Assembly: GCA_964353125.1 (NCBI GenBank)
Contig: CAYGUF010000007.1
Coordinates: 28,671-92,670 of the forward strand
Reading direction: 5' to 3'
DNA from: an uncultured Flavobacteriaceae bacterium
GTDB lineage: Bacteria; Bacteroidota; Bacteroidia; Flavobacteriales; Flavobacteriaceae
Length of the DNA stretch: 64,000 nucleotides
Position numbers and translations under genes: made by a program. The first letter of the stretch is position 1; every line of letters starts with the position of its first letter. Below, piece after piece: positions 1-8,902 of the stretch. The notes under the pieces were generated by a model, which saw only the letters and a program-made list of their open reading frames with translations, was not told where the DNA came from and ran no database searches.

Positions 1-883
1 ACATCACCAACTTTCTTTAGAAACGTTTATTAAAAACTACCAATCTGGAGCTATTGACGTTCCAGAATTAGACCTTTATTTTACAAACGACAGAAGTCTT
101 CGCGAAAGCGGACACGATACTTCATGGCGTTTAGATAATTGCTGTGCAGATTTAAATACGGTTGATTTAAATAGCCTACTCTACAAATACGAAATAGATA
201 TTGCATTTCTAATAGATAATCATTTTGACGGAGAATTTGCTGGCTATCACGATACGTACTGGTATTCAGTTGCTACAGAAAGAGAAGAACGAATGCATGA
301 ATTGATGTGGAATAAGGACAAAGGACAGTTCTTTGATTACAATTTTAAGACCAAACAGCAAACTCATTTTGAAAGTGCATCTAATTACCTTCCGCTTTGG
401 GCAGGTTTAGTTAATGTTAACGATGCTACATTAATAGTGAAAACACTAATAACTCAACTTAAAGAAAAAGGCGGAATTGCAGGGACATCAAAACAAATGA
501 ATGCTAAACTTCCAGAAAATGCCATACAACGCCAATGGGATTATCCAAATGGTTGGGCACCACATCAAATCCTCATTTGGGGAGGGTTAAAAAGACATAG
601 TTTTAAAACCGAGCTGCAAGAATTGGTGTATAGATGGCTGTATATGATTACCAAAAATGCAGTAGATTATAACGGTACCATTCCAGAAAAATATGATGTT
701 GTAGCAGCTACACACAAAGTCTTTGCAGAATACGGTAACGTTGGTACCGACTTTGAATATATTACCCAGGAAGGTTTCGGTTGGATGAATGCATCCTATC
801 AATACGGGCTTTCATTACTATCCAAAACACAAATAAATTATTTAAACCAATTAAAAAACCCAGAAGAATTATTTATAAACTAA
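1..883 (+). CDS. Trehalase (GH37), 5'-partial; the frame is open from position 2, so the gene starts upstream of the window
   Basis: My translation of frame 2 from nt 2 is open into the track ORF 293..883 and reads DRSLRESGHDTSWR, VDLNSLLYKYE, QWDYPNGWAPHQ, EGFGWMNASY (GH37 motifs). Confidence 0.9.
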   Translation, partial: HHQLSLETFIKNYQSGAIDVPELDLYFTNDRSLRESGHDTSWRLDNCCADLNTVDLNSLLYKYEIDIAFLIDNHFDGEFAGYHDTYWYSVATEREERMHELMWNKDKGQFFDYNFKTKQQTHFESASNYLPLWAGLVNVNDATLIVKTLITQLKEKGGIAGTSKQMNAKLPENAIQRQWDYPNGWAPHQILIWGGLKRHSFKTELQELVYRWLYMITKNAVDYNGTIPEKYDVVAATHKVFAEYGNVGTDFEYITQEGFGWMNASYQYGLSLLSKTQINYLNQLKNPEELFIN

Positions 884-889
884 TACATC

Positions 890-2323
890 ATGAAAATAAA
901 AATTTTAATTTTAGGCATACTCTTATGTTGTTCTTCTTGTAAAGATAACACTAAAACAAATACCCTATCAAGCCAAGCAAAAGCTCTGGAGGTTTTTACG
1001 CCAATTACAGATAGTATTTTAGAAAATGCAGTTATTTACGAAGCAAATATTAGACAATATTCTGTGGAAGGCACATTTAACGCATTTTCTAAAGACATTC
1101 CAGAATTAAAAAAACTAGGAGTTAAAGTGATTTGGCTAATGCCTATAAATCCAATTTCTGAAGTAAAACGAAAAGCCACAGATGGGTCTTTTACAAGCGA
1201 CATAAAAGACGAAACAGAACGAAAAAAGTACCTAGGCAGTTACTATTCGGTTTCAGATTATAAAGCTATAAACCCAGAATTTGGCAATAAAACAGACTTT
1301 AAAAATTTAATTGACACGGCTCACAAAAACGGAATGTATGTTATTGTAGATTGGGTGCCAAACCATACAGGCTGGGATCATCCATGGATTACAGAACACC
1401 CAGAATGGTACACTCAAAACGAGAACGGTGACATTATAGATCCTATAAACCCAGATACTGGCGAGTCATGGGGATGGACAGATGTTGCAGACTTAAATTA
1501 TGATAATCAAGCCATGCAAAGCGAAATGATTAACGATCTTAAATATTGGGTAGTAAACTTTAATATAGACGGTTATAGAATGGATGTGGCGCACAAAGTA
1601 CCACCTAAATTTTTTAATAAAACAATTACTGAACTCAGAAAAATAAAGCCATTATTTATGTTGGCAGAAGCCGAGCAGCAAAACTTGTTTAGCAACGGTT
1701 TTGAAATGCAATACGCATGGGAAGGCCATCACATATTAAATGAAATTGCAAAAGGCACTGCAAATACTACAGCGTTTGATGCTTACATGAACAAGCAGAA
1801 TGATAGCTTAGCACCAAAAGATTTTAAAATGAATTTTGTAACCAATCACGACGAAAATTCTTGGAACGGCACAATTAAAGAACGCCTGGGAGATGCCAAC
1901 GAAGTTTTTACAGCTTTGGTTTACACAATGCCAGGAATGCCTCTAATTTATAGCGGCCAGGAATACGATTTGTGTCACCGTTTAAAATTTTTCGAAAAAG
2001 ATAGCATTCCAAAAACTAAAGGTAAAACATGGGATTTATTAGTAAAATTAGGGACGTTAAAAAATAATAATTTGGCTTTAAGTGGAGCTAAAAATGCGGC
2101 AGCATACAACAGATTATCCACTAATAACGAAAGTGTATTGGCTTTTAAAAGAGCAAAATCTGAACACGAAATTTATTTTTTAGGAAATTTATCAAACACA
2201 GTACAAACTGCAGAAGTAGTTTTAGAAGGTAATTTTAAAAATGAGTTAACAGGCGAAACAGTCCACTTTACAACTAATACATTAAAATTGAAACCTTGGG
2301 AGTATTTTATACTAAGTAAGTAA
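890..2323 (+). CDS. GH13 alpha-amylase-family glycosidase, predicted lipoprotein
   Basis: Catalytic motifs DWVPNH, GYRMDVAH, LAEAE, FVTNHDENS; N-terminal hydrophobic stretch ending in SSC-K (lipobox-like). Confidence 0.88.
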   Translation: MKIKILILGILLCCSSCKDNTKTNTLSSQAKALEVFTPITDSILENAVIYEANIRQYSVEGTFNAFSKDIPELKKLGVKVIWLMPINPISEVKRKATDGSFTSDIKDETERKKYLGSYYSVSDYKAINPEFGNKTDFKNLIDTAHKNGMYVIVDWVPNHTGWDHPWITEHPEWYTQNENGDIIDPINPDTGESWGWTDVADLNYDNQAMQSEMINDLKYWVVNFNIDGYRMDVAHKVPPKFFNKTITELRKIKPLFMLAEAEQQNLFSNGFEMQYAWEGHHILNEIAKGTANTTAFDAYMNKQNDSLAPKDFKMNFVTNHDENSWNGTIKERLGDANEVFTALVYTMPGMPLIYSGQEYDLCHRLKFFEKDSIPKTKGKTWDLLVKLGTLKNNNLALSGAKNAAAYNRLSTNNESVLAFKRAKSEHEIYFLGNLSNTVQTAEVVLEGNFKNELTGETVHFTTNTLKLKPWEYFILSK

Positions 2324-2346
2324 TAAAACATATACTTACTAATATA

Positions 2347-2705
2347 ATGAAAATAATTTGGGCACTTATTTACCTCGTAATTTTGGTGTCTACAGATGCA
2401 TTTGTACAAACAGAATTTGTTTTAGACCCCAATCAAAGTATGCTAATGACTGGTAAAGGTCTTGGGCAAGACGCTACTATAAATCCTTATTTAGGAAAAG
2501 ACTGCTATGTGCATAAAAAAATATAGGTTTAATGGAATTTTTCGTTAGAATACAATAAAAAGGCAAAGTCATAAACCAAATAATCATCCAAGTGGGTGAG
2601 ACTAAAAAAATAAGGCTTTTAAGTAATTACCAGTTGTACTTATACCCAAACCCTAATAGTGAAACTAAAGCTTGTGGCAATTATCATAAATTAGAGCACA
2701 AATAA
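2347..2705 (+). pseudogene. Disrupted ~119-aa exported hypothetical protein (one frameshift plus one in-frame stop)
   Basis: ATG 2347 gives signal-peptide-like MKIIWALIYLVILVSTDAFVQ...QSMLMTGKGLGQDATINPY..DC and stops at 2524-2526. After the A7 run (2515-2521) another frame continues KNIGLMEFFVRIQ*KGKVINQ...LYLYPNP...K* with TAA at 2556 and a terminal TAA at 2703-2705. Confidence 0.7.
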
Positions 2706-2737
2706 CACCAAATTAGTTCCAATATTAAAATGAATTT

Positions 2738-2753
2738 ACGAAAACGATTTAGT
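2738..2753. promoter_or_regulatory. Candidate LacI-family operator
   Basis: ACGAAAACGATTTAGT: imperfect 16-bp palindrome (12/16 positions self-complementary) centred on CG, matching the AAAACG-TTT LacI pattern, upstream of sugar genes. Confidence 0.55.
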
Positions 2754-2896
2754 TTGTTTTAAATCATTTTTGTTCCTTATAAGACAAAACACTGTAAAGT
2801 TTTTTATTTAAATTTAAATAATCTTAATTATAAATGCATACCAATACAGTAAATAGTATTAGGTGAACATTAATTATTTAAAAGTTAATTGGTAAC

Positions 2897-2934
2897 AAAA
2901 AGTCAATGTTAGTAGTTTAACATTGGCTTTTTTT
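2897..2934 (+). terminator. Intrinsic terminator-like hairpin
   Basis: AAAAAGTCAATGTTA-gtagtt-TAACATTGGCTTTTT (one G:U pair) followed by a T run. Confidence 0.7.
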
Positions 2935-2954
2935 ATTTGAAGTCTTTAAAAAAT

Positions 2955-3881
2955 ATGAAAAACATTGATGTACTATGTGTTGGTGAGGTATTAATAGATT
3001 TTATTGGTCACCAAGCCGAAGTTCTTATCAATAATACAAGTGATTATCACCGGTATTTAGGAGGGTCTCCAACCAATGTGGCTATGAATATCTCTAGACT
3101 AGGGCTTAACACTACCTTAGTGGCAACCGTAGGTAATGATGGTTTTGGTGAGTATATTTTTAACCGTTTAAACACCGTTAATGTAAATACAGAAGCAATA
3201 GCAAAAATTAATAACATTCCAACAAGTGTAATTTTTGTTTCAAAAACCACAGGAACACCAGATTTTATACCTTACAGAGCCGCAGATTGTTGTATTTCTG
3301 AAACCCAGATTACCTCAGAACTTCTTTCAAAAACAAAAATATTTCACACCACCTGTTTTGCATTAAGTAAAAACCCCGCACAAACTACAATTCTTAAAAA
3401 AGCGGAGGAAGCCTTCAAAATGGGTTGCATATTGAGTATTGATGTAAATTATGCTGATGAACTTTGGGAGAATAAAACACAAGCATTAAAAGTTATTAAA
3501 GCATATTGTAGCTACAATCCACTTGTTAAAATAAGTGAAGACGATATGTTTAGACTTTTCGAAAGCTATTTGCCTCACCAAGATATATTCGATTTTTTTC
3601 ATGAATTGGGGGTTGAAACAGTATGTTTAACTCTAGGCAGTAATGGTGTAAAATTAGCTCAAAAAAACAAAGCAACTATAAACTTACCAGCCATAAAAAT
3701 TGAAAAAGTAATGGATGCCACAGGTGCTGGAGATGCGTTCTGGTCTGGATTTTTATTTGCATATATAAAAGAAAAACCTCCAACGGAATGCTTAGAGGTT
3801 GCACTTAAATTAGCTGCGCTTAAGCTTCAACATGTAGGAAGACTACCAAATAATATTAATATTCTATCTCAACTTTTATAA
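2955..3881 (+). CDS. PfkB-family carbohydrate kinase (fructokinase-like); ATG 2955 preferred over TTG 2937
   Basis: GGSPTNVA and DATGAGDAF PfkB signatures. Confidence 0.9.
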   Translation: MKNIDVLCVGEVLIDFIGHQAEVLINNTSDYHRYLGGSPTNVAMNISRLGLNTTLVATVGNDGFGEYIFNRLNTVNVNTEAIAKINNIPTSVIFVSKTTGTPDFIPYRAADCCISETQITSELLSKTKIFHTTCFALSKNPAQTTILKKAEEAFKMGCILSIDVNYADELWENKTQALKVIKAYCSYNPLVKISEDDMFRLFESYLPHQDIFDFFHELGVETVCLTLGSNGVKLAQKNKATINLPAIKIEKVMDATGAGDAFWSGFLFAYIKEKPPTECLEVALKLAALKLQHVGRLPNNINILSQLL

Positions 3882-3902
3882 CCCCTTTTTAACTTTAGCA
3901 TT

Positions 3903-5642
3903 ATGAGTAATTCAAACAAAACTAGCGGTTATAAAGGTGTTATGTTTAATGCCTACCCAGATAGTATTGGAAATACATTAAGCGATACTGTAAGCATGCT
4001 TCAAATGCCAGCATTTAAAGATGTATTTTCTTTATTCTATATTTTGCCAACCTTTTTTAATAGCGACTTAGACCGTGGTTTTTCAATAATAGATTATAAT
4101 CTGAATAAAAATTTAGTTTCAGAAAAAGATTTAGTTGCTTTAGGGCAACTTAATATAGCCTTAAAATTCGACATTGTTTTAAATCACCTGTCCGTAGCAT
4201 CTCCGCAGTTTAAAGATTTGTTAGCTAATGGCGAAGACTCTAAATACAAGGATTTTTTTATAAACTGGAATGCCTTTTGGGATGGTCACGGTGAAAAAAA
4301 CGCAGACGGTATTGTAATTCCAAAAGCTAAGTTTCTTAATAAATTATTTATGAGAAAATCGGGTTTACCTATACTTAAGGTGCCTTTTAAAAATGGTGCA
4401 AAACAGCCCTATTGGAACACGTTTTATCAGCAAATTAGGTATCAAAACATTTCTGAAAACGATCTAGATTCAATAAAAGGCTTAACATCAAATGCTAAAA
4501 AAGAAATTGTAAGATATGTTAATAAAGCTATAGAAAACAAAGTGGATATAGATAGTTTAGAGTTTAATAATAACAAACAGTTTAAATCTCAAATTATTGA
4601 AGCTATTGAAAAAAAATGCTCTTATTTAGGACAAATGGATGTTAATGCAAAATCTGAATTGGTTTGGGATTTTTATGAAGAAACTTTAGCCAATCTAAAG
4701 CGTTTTGGGTGCAAAATATTAAGATTAGATGCTTTTGCATATTTACATAAAGCAGTTGGTGAAACTAATTTTTTTAACACCCCAGGAACTTGGCAACATT
4801 TAGAGCGTATTAATAAAATAGCCCAAAAAAATGACCTTATTTTATTGCCAGAAATTCATGCAGAATACGGACTAAATCTCCATGATGAAGTTGCAGAAAA
4901 AGGCTATACTATTTACGATTTTTTTCTCCCCGGGTTAATGATTCATACCTTAGAAAATAGATCAAACAAAGCGCTTTATAAGTGGCTAAATGTCATAATT
5001 ACTAAAGGCTACAAAACTATTAACATGCTGGGTTGTCACGATGGTATACCGGTTTTAGATCTTAAAGGGAAAACTATAAACGGTGTTTATAAAGAAGGCT
5101 TGCTAACTGATGTTGCTATTGAAGCTATCATGAATACAATAATAGACCGTGGCGGTCGCGTAAAAAATCTTTACGACCCATCGGGCAAAAAAATATCGTA
5201 TTACCAAGTTAATGCAACCTTTTTTAGTGCTTTAGGTGAGGACGAGGACAAATTTTTACTCGCCAGAGCCATACAGCTATTTATACCAGGGATTCCGCAA
5301 ATATGGTATCTAGATCTTTTTGCAGGAAAAAATAATTATGAAGCTGCAGATAATGCAGGAGCTGACGGTCATAAAGAAATTAACAGAACTACATTAACAA
5401 TAAAAGACGTTGAGGACAAGCTACAAACTACCCTCGTAAAAAATCAGTTGCAACTTATTAAATTAAGAAATACCTCTCAAGCATTTTCAGGAACGATTAA
5501 GGTTATCGAGTCTTCTGAACAAAAAATAGAAATTATATGGACAAACAAAGCAGATTTTGCACACTTACAAGCAAATTTACAAACACAAAAATTTAATATA
5601 ATTTATACTGAAAATAATATTGAAAAAATGTTAAAATTCTGA
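3903..5642 (+). CDS. GH13_18 sucrose-phosphorylase-family glycoside phosphorylase
   Basis: DIVLNH, RLDAFAY (nucleophile), LPEIH (acid/base), NMLGCHDGIP, YYQVN, FIPGIPQIWY, GHKEINR motifs. Confidence 0.82.
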   Translation: MSNSNKTSGYKGVMFNAYPDSIGNTLSDTVSMLQMPAFKDVFSLFYILPTFFNSDLDRGFSIIDYNLNKNLVSEKDLVALGQLNIALKFDIVLNHLSVASPQFKDLLANGEDSKYKDFFINWNAFWDGHGEKNADGIVIPKAKFLNKLFMRKSGLPILKVPFKNGAKQPYWNTFYQQIRYQNISENDLDSIKGLTSNAKKEIVRYVNKAIENKVDIDSLEFNNNKQFKSQIIEAIEKKCSYLGQMDVNAKSELVWDFYEETLANLKRFGCKILRLDAFAYLHKAVGETNFFNTPGTWQHLERINKIAQKNDLILLPEIHAEYGLNLHDEVAEKGYTIYDFFLPGLMIHTLENRSNKALYKWLNVIITKGYKTINMLGCHDGIPVLDLKGKTINGVYKEGLLTDVAIEAIMNTIIDRGGRVKNLYDPSGKKISYYQVNATFFSALGEDEDKFLLARAIQLFIPGIPQIWYLDLFAGKNNYEAADNAGADGHKEINRTTLTIKDVEDKLQTTLVKNQLQLIKLRNTSQAFSGTIKVIESSEQKIEIIWTNKADFAHLQANLQTQKFNIIYTENNIEKMLKF

Positions 5643-5821
5643 CTATATGTAATGTTAAGTCTTTAGTTAACAATACTTAAATACATTTAAAAATGTAAAA
5701 TCTAGCATTATTACCCCCAGTTATAAAGCTTTTTTTACAAAAAAGATAATTCAAAAAAGATCAATATTAGCAGGTACTTATTTTTTAAAACTAAAGGCGC
5801 ATAAGAGCCAGTTTCATTAGT

Positions 5822-5829
5822 TATATTTG
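5822..5829 (+). promoter_or_regulatory. Bacteroidetes primary-sigma -7 element for maeB
   Basis: TATATTTG matches TAnnTTTG, 23 nt before the ATG; no clear -33 TTTG. Confidence 0.5.
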
Positions 5830-5852
5830 TGCCTTAAATCATTCATAACATT

Positions 5853-8150
5853 ATGAGTAAACAAAGTAAACGTAGAGAAGCTTTAGTATATCACGCAAAA
5901 CCAACACCAGGCAAAATAAGTGTTGTTCCAACAAAGAAATACGCCTCTCAACGAGACCTGTCGTTGGCATATTCGCCAGGTGTGGCAGAGCCTTGTTTAG
6001 AAATTAAAAAGGATGTAAATAATGTTTATAAATATACAGCAAAAGGGAATTTAGTAGCTGTAATCTCTAATGGTACCGCAGTTTTAGGTTTAGGTAATAT
6101 TGGCCCAGAAGCTTCAAAACCTGTAATGGAAGGTAAAGGCTTACTATTTAAAATATTTGCAGATATAGATGTGTTTGATATTGAGGTTGATACGGAAAAT
6201 ATTGAGGAGTTTATTGCCACTGTAAAAAATATAGCACCAACCTTTGGTGGTATTAATTTAGAAGATATAAAAGCACCTGAAGCTTTTGAAATTGAACGTC
6301 GTCTTAAAGAAGAATTAGATATTCCTGTAATGCACGATGATCAACATGGTACAGCAATAATTTCTGCTGCCGCACTTTTAAATGCTTTAGAATTAGCAGA
6401 TAAAAAAATAGAAGATGTTACAATAGTGGTTAGTGGTGCTGGTGCAGCGGCCATTTCTTGCACACGTTTATACCAAGCCTTTGGAGCTAAGCGCAAAAAT
6501 ATTGTAATGCTAGATAGTAAAGGTGTTATTAGATCTGATAGAGCGTCACTTTCTAAAGAAAAAGCAGAATTTTCTACACATCGTAAAATAGATACATTAT
6601 TGGAAGCCATGGAAAGCGCAGATGTTTTTATTGGCTTATCTATGGCAGATATTGTAACGCCACAGATGTTAAAAGTAATGGCGGCAAATCCTATTGTATT
6701 TGCTATGGCAAATCCAGACCCAGAAATTAACTACCAACTTGCCATAGATACACGTGATGATATTATAATGGCTACAGGGCGAAGCGATCATCCTAACCAA
6801 GTAAATAACGTACTGGGCTTTCCGTTTATTTTTAGAGGAGCGTTAGATGTAAGAGCTACTAAAATTAATGAGGCTATGAAAATGGCTGCTGTTAAAGCGT
6901 TGTCTAATCTAGCAAAAGAGCCTGTGCCAGAGCAAGTAAACATTGCTTATGCAGAAACCAGACTTACATTCGGTAGAGATTACATTATTCCAAAACCTTT
7001 TGATCCACGTCTTATTGCTGAGGTGCCTCCTGCGGTTGCAAAAGCAGCTATGGAAAGTGGTGTGGCACAAGCACCCATTGAGGATTGGGACAAATATAGA
7101 GATGCACTTTTAGAACGCTTAGGGTCTGATAATAAATTAGTACGATTACTTTTAAGCAGAGCACGTACTAACCCAAAACGTGTAGTTTTTGCAGAGGCAG
7201 ACCAGCTTAGTGTATTAAAAGCCGCTCAGATTGTGTATGAGGAAGGTGTGGCACATCCAATACTTTTAGGAAGACGAGATACCATACTTGATTTAATGAA
7301 AGAGCTCGATTTTGATGCTGCTAATGTACTCATTATAGATCCTAAATCTGATGAAGAATTAGAACGAAAAAACCGCTATGCACAAGCTTATTGGGAGCAA
7401 CGCAAACGAAAAGGAGTGACTATGTACGCTGCCAAAAAAATAATGCGAGAGCGTAATTATTTTGCTGCTATGATGGTTAATGCAGGCGATGCGGATTGCT
7501 TAATTACAGGATATTCTACAAGTTATCCTTCAGTTGTAAAACCAATATTAGAACTTGTTGGTATGGCAGAAGGCATTTCAAGAATAGCCACCACTAATGT
7601 AATGATGACGCAACGTGGGCCAATGTTTTTAAGTGACACTTCTATAAATATAGACCCTACAGCAAAGGATCTTGCGAAAATTGCACGGATGACTTCTAGA
7701 GTAACTAAAATGTTTGGTATAGAGCCAGTTACAGCAATGATTTCATATTCTAATTTTGGATCTAATGAAAACCCTAGGGCAGAAAAAGTAAAAGAAGCTG
7801 TTGACTATTTACATAAAGTCTACCCAGATATGATAGTAGATGGTGAGTTGCAAGTAGATTTTGCTTTAAATTCAGAAATGCTTCAGGAGATATTTCCGTT
7901 TTCAAAACTTGCTGGTCGTAAGGTAAATACCTTAATTTTTCCAAACTTAGATTCAGCAAACATTACCTACAAATTATTAAAAGAATTAAATAAGTCAGAA
8001 TCTATTGGGCCAATAATGATGGGATTAAACAAGCCTGTGCATATACTACAATTAGGTGCTAGTGTAGATGAAATTGTAAACATGACTGCGATTTCGGTAA
8101 TTGATAAACAAGAACGAGAAAAAAAGGAACAAAATAGAATAGATGCTTAA
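5853..8150 (+). CDS. maeB: NADP-dependent malic enzyme with C-terminal phosphotransacetylase-like domain
   Basis: LSLAYSPGVAEPC, SNGTAVLGLG, MHDDQHGTA, SGAGAAAI, ATGRSDHPNQVNN; PTA-like C-terminus (DGELQVDFAL, LIFPNL); 765 aa. Confidence 0.96.
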   Translation: MSKQSKRREALVYHAKPTPGKISVVPTKKYASQRDLSLAYSPGVAEPCLEIKKDVNNVYKYTAKGNLVAVISNGTAVLGLGNIGPEASKPVMEGKGLLFKIFADIDVFDIEVDTENIEEFIATVKNIAPTFGGINLEDIKAPEAFEIERRLKEELDIPVMHDDQHGTAIISAAALLNALELADKKIEDVTIVVSGAGAAAISCTRLYQAFGAKRKNIVMLDSKGVIRSDRASLSKEKAEFSTHRKIDTLLEAMESADVFIGLSMADIVTPQMLKVMAANPIVFAMANPDPEINYQLAIDTRDDIIMATGRSDHPNQVNNVLGFPFIFRGALDVRATKINEAMKMAAVKALSNLAKEPVPEQVNIAYAETRLTFGRDYIIPKPFDPRLIAEVPPAVAKAAMESGVAQAPIEDWDKYRDALLERLGSDNKLVRLLLSRARTNPKRVVFAEADQLSVLKAAQIVYEEGVAHPILLGRRDTILDLMKELDFDAANVLIIDPKSDEELERKNRYAQAYWEQRKRKGVTMYAAKKIMRERNYFAAMMVNAGDADCLITGYSTSYPSVVKPILELVGMAEGISRIATTNVMMTQRGPMFLSDTSINIDPTAKDLAKIARMTSRVTKMFGIEPVTAMISYSNFGSNENPRAEKVKEAVDYLHKVYPDMIVDGELQVDFALNSEMLQEIFPFSKLAGRKVNTLIFPNLDSANITYKLLKELNKSESIGPIMMGLNKPVHILQLGASVDEIVNMTAISVIDKQEREKKEQNRIDA

Positions 8151-8315
8151 GCCCAATCCTTGATGCATATTTGTAAATTATTTTATTACATTTGATTTTT
8201 AATTTATAATATTAAAACACTTAAAAAAGTACCACCTAACGGTTATTATTAATCGAAATAAAATGTTTTATACTATTGATTTATAGATAAATAAAACAAG
8301 ATATATAATTTAAAA

Positions 8316-8897
8316 ATGATTACACACTTAGAAGGAAAACTTGTAGAAAAAAACCCTACAAATGTAATTATAGACTGTAATGGTGTGGGTTATTTTATTA
8401 ATATTTCATTACATACATTTTCTAATATCCCTGATATTGAACACTTAAAGTTATACACCTATCTTCAAGTAAGAGAAGATGCCCATAGCTTGTATGGTTT
8501 TACTTCAAAAATAGAACGTGAGCTTTTTAAACTACTGCTTTCTGTAAGTGGTATTGGAGCTAATACCGCACGTACAATGTTGTCTTCCTTATCACCAGAT
8601 CAAGTAAAAGAAGGCATTGCTGGAGGAGATGTAAGTCTTATACAAAGTATTAAGGGTATTGGTATAAAAACGGCACAACGTGTTATTATAGATTTAAAAG
8701 ATAAAGTCTTAAAAATCTATGGTATCGATGAACTTTCTTTGAAGTCAAACAATACTAACAAAGATGAAGCGTTATCTGCTTTAGAAGTTTTAGGATTTAA
8801 TAAAAAACAATCAGAAAGAGTTATAGATAAAGTGTTACAAGCTCAACCCAATGCCCCTGTAGAGCAAATTATAAAAGAAGCTCTAAAAAATTTATAA
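8316..8897 (+). CDS. ruvA: Holliday junction branch migration protein RuvA
   Basis: MITHLEGKL, GVGY, VREDA..LYGF, LLSVSGIG, GIGIKTAQRVIIDLKDK. Confidence 0.96.
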   Translation: MITHLEGKLVEKNPTNVIIDCNGVGYFINISLHTFSNIPDIEHLKLYTYLQVREDAHSLYGFTSKIERELFKLLLSVSGIGANTARTMLSSLSPDQVKEGIAGGDVSLIQSIKGIGIKTAQRVIIDLKDKVLKIYGIDELSLKSNNTNKDEALSALEVLGFNKKQSERVIDKVLQAQPNAPVEQIIKEALKNL

Positions 8898-8902
8898 TAC
8901 CA

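Noticed and set aside
2860-2934. BglG/SacY RAT antiterminator overlapping the pfkB leader terminator
   Set aside because: No resemblance to the RAT consensus (GGATTGTTACTG...GCAGGCAAAACC).
8316-8897. ruvA without an adjacent ruvB
   Set aside because: Separated ruvA and ruvB are common in Bacteroidota.
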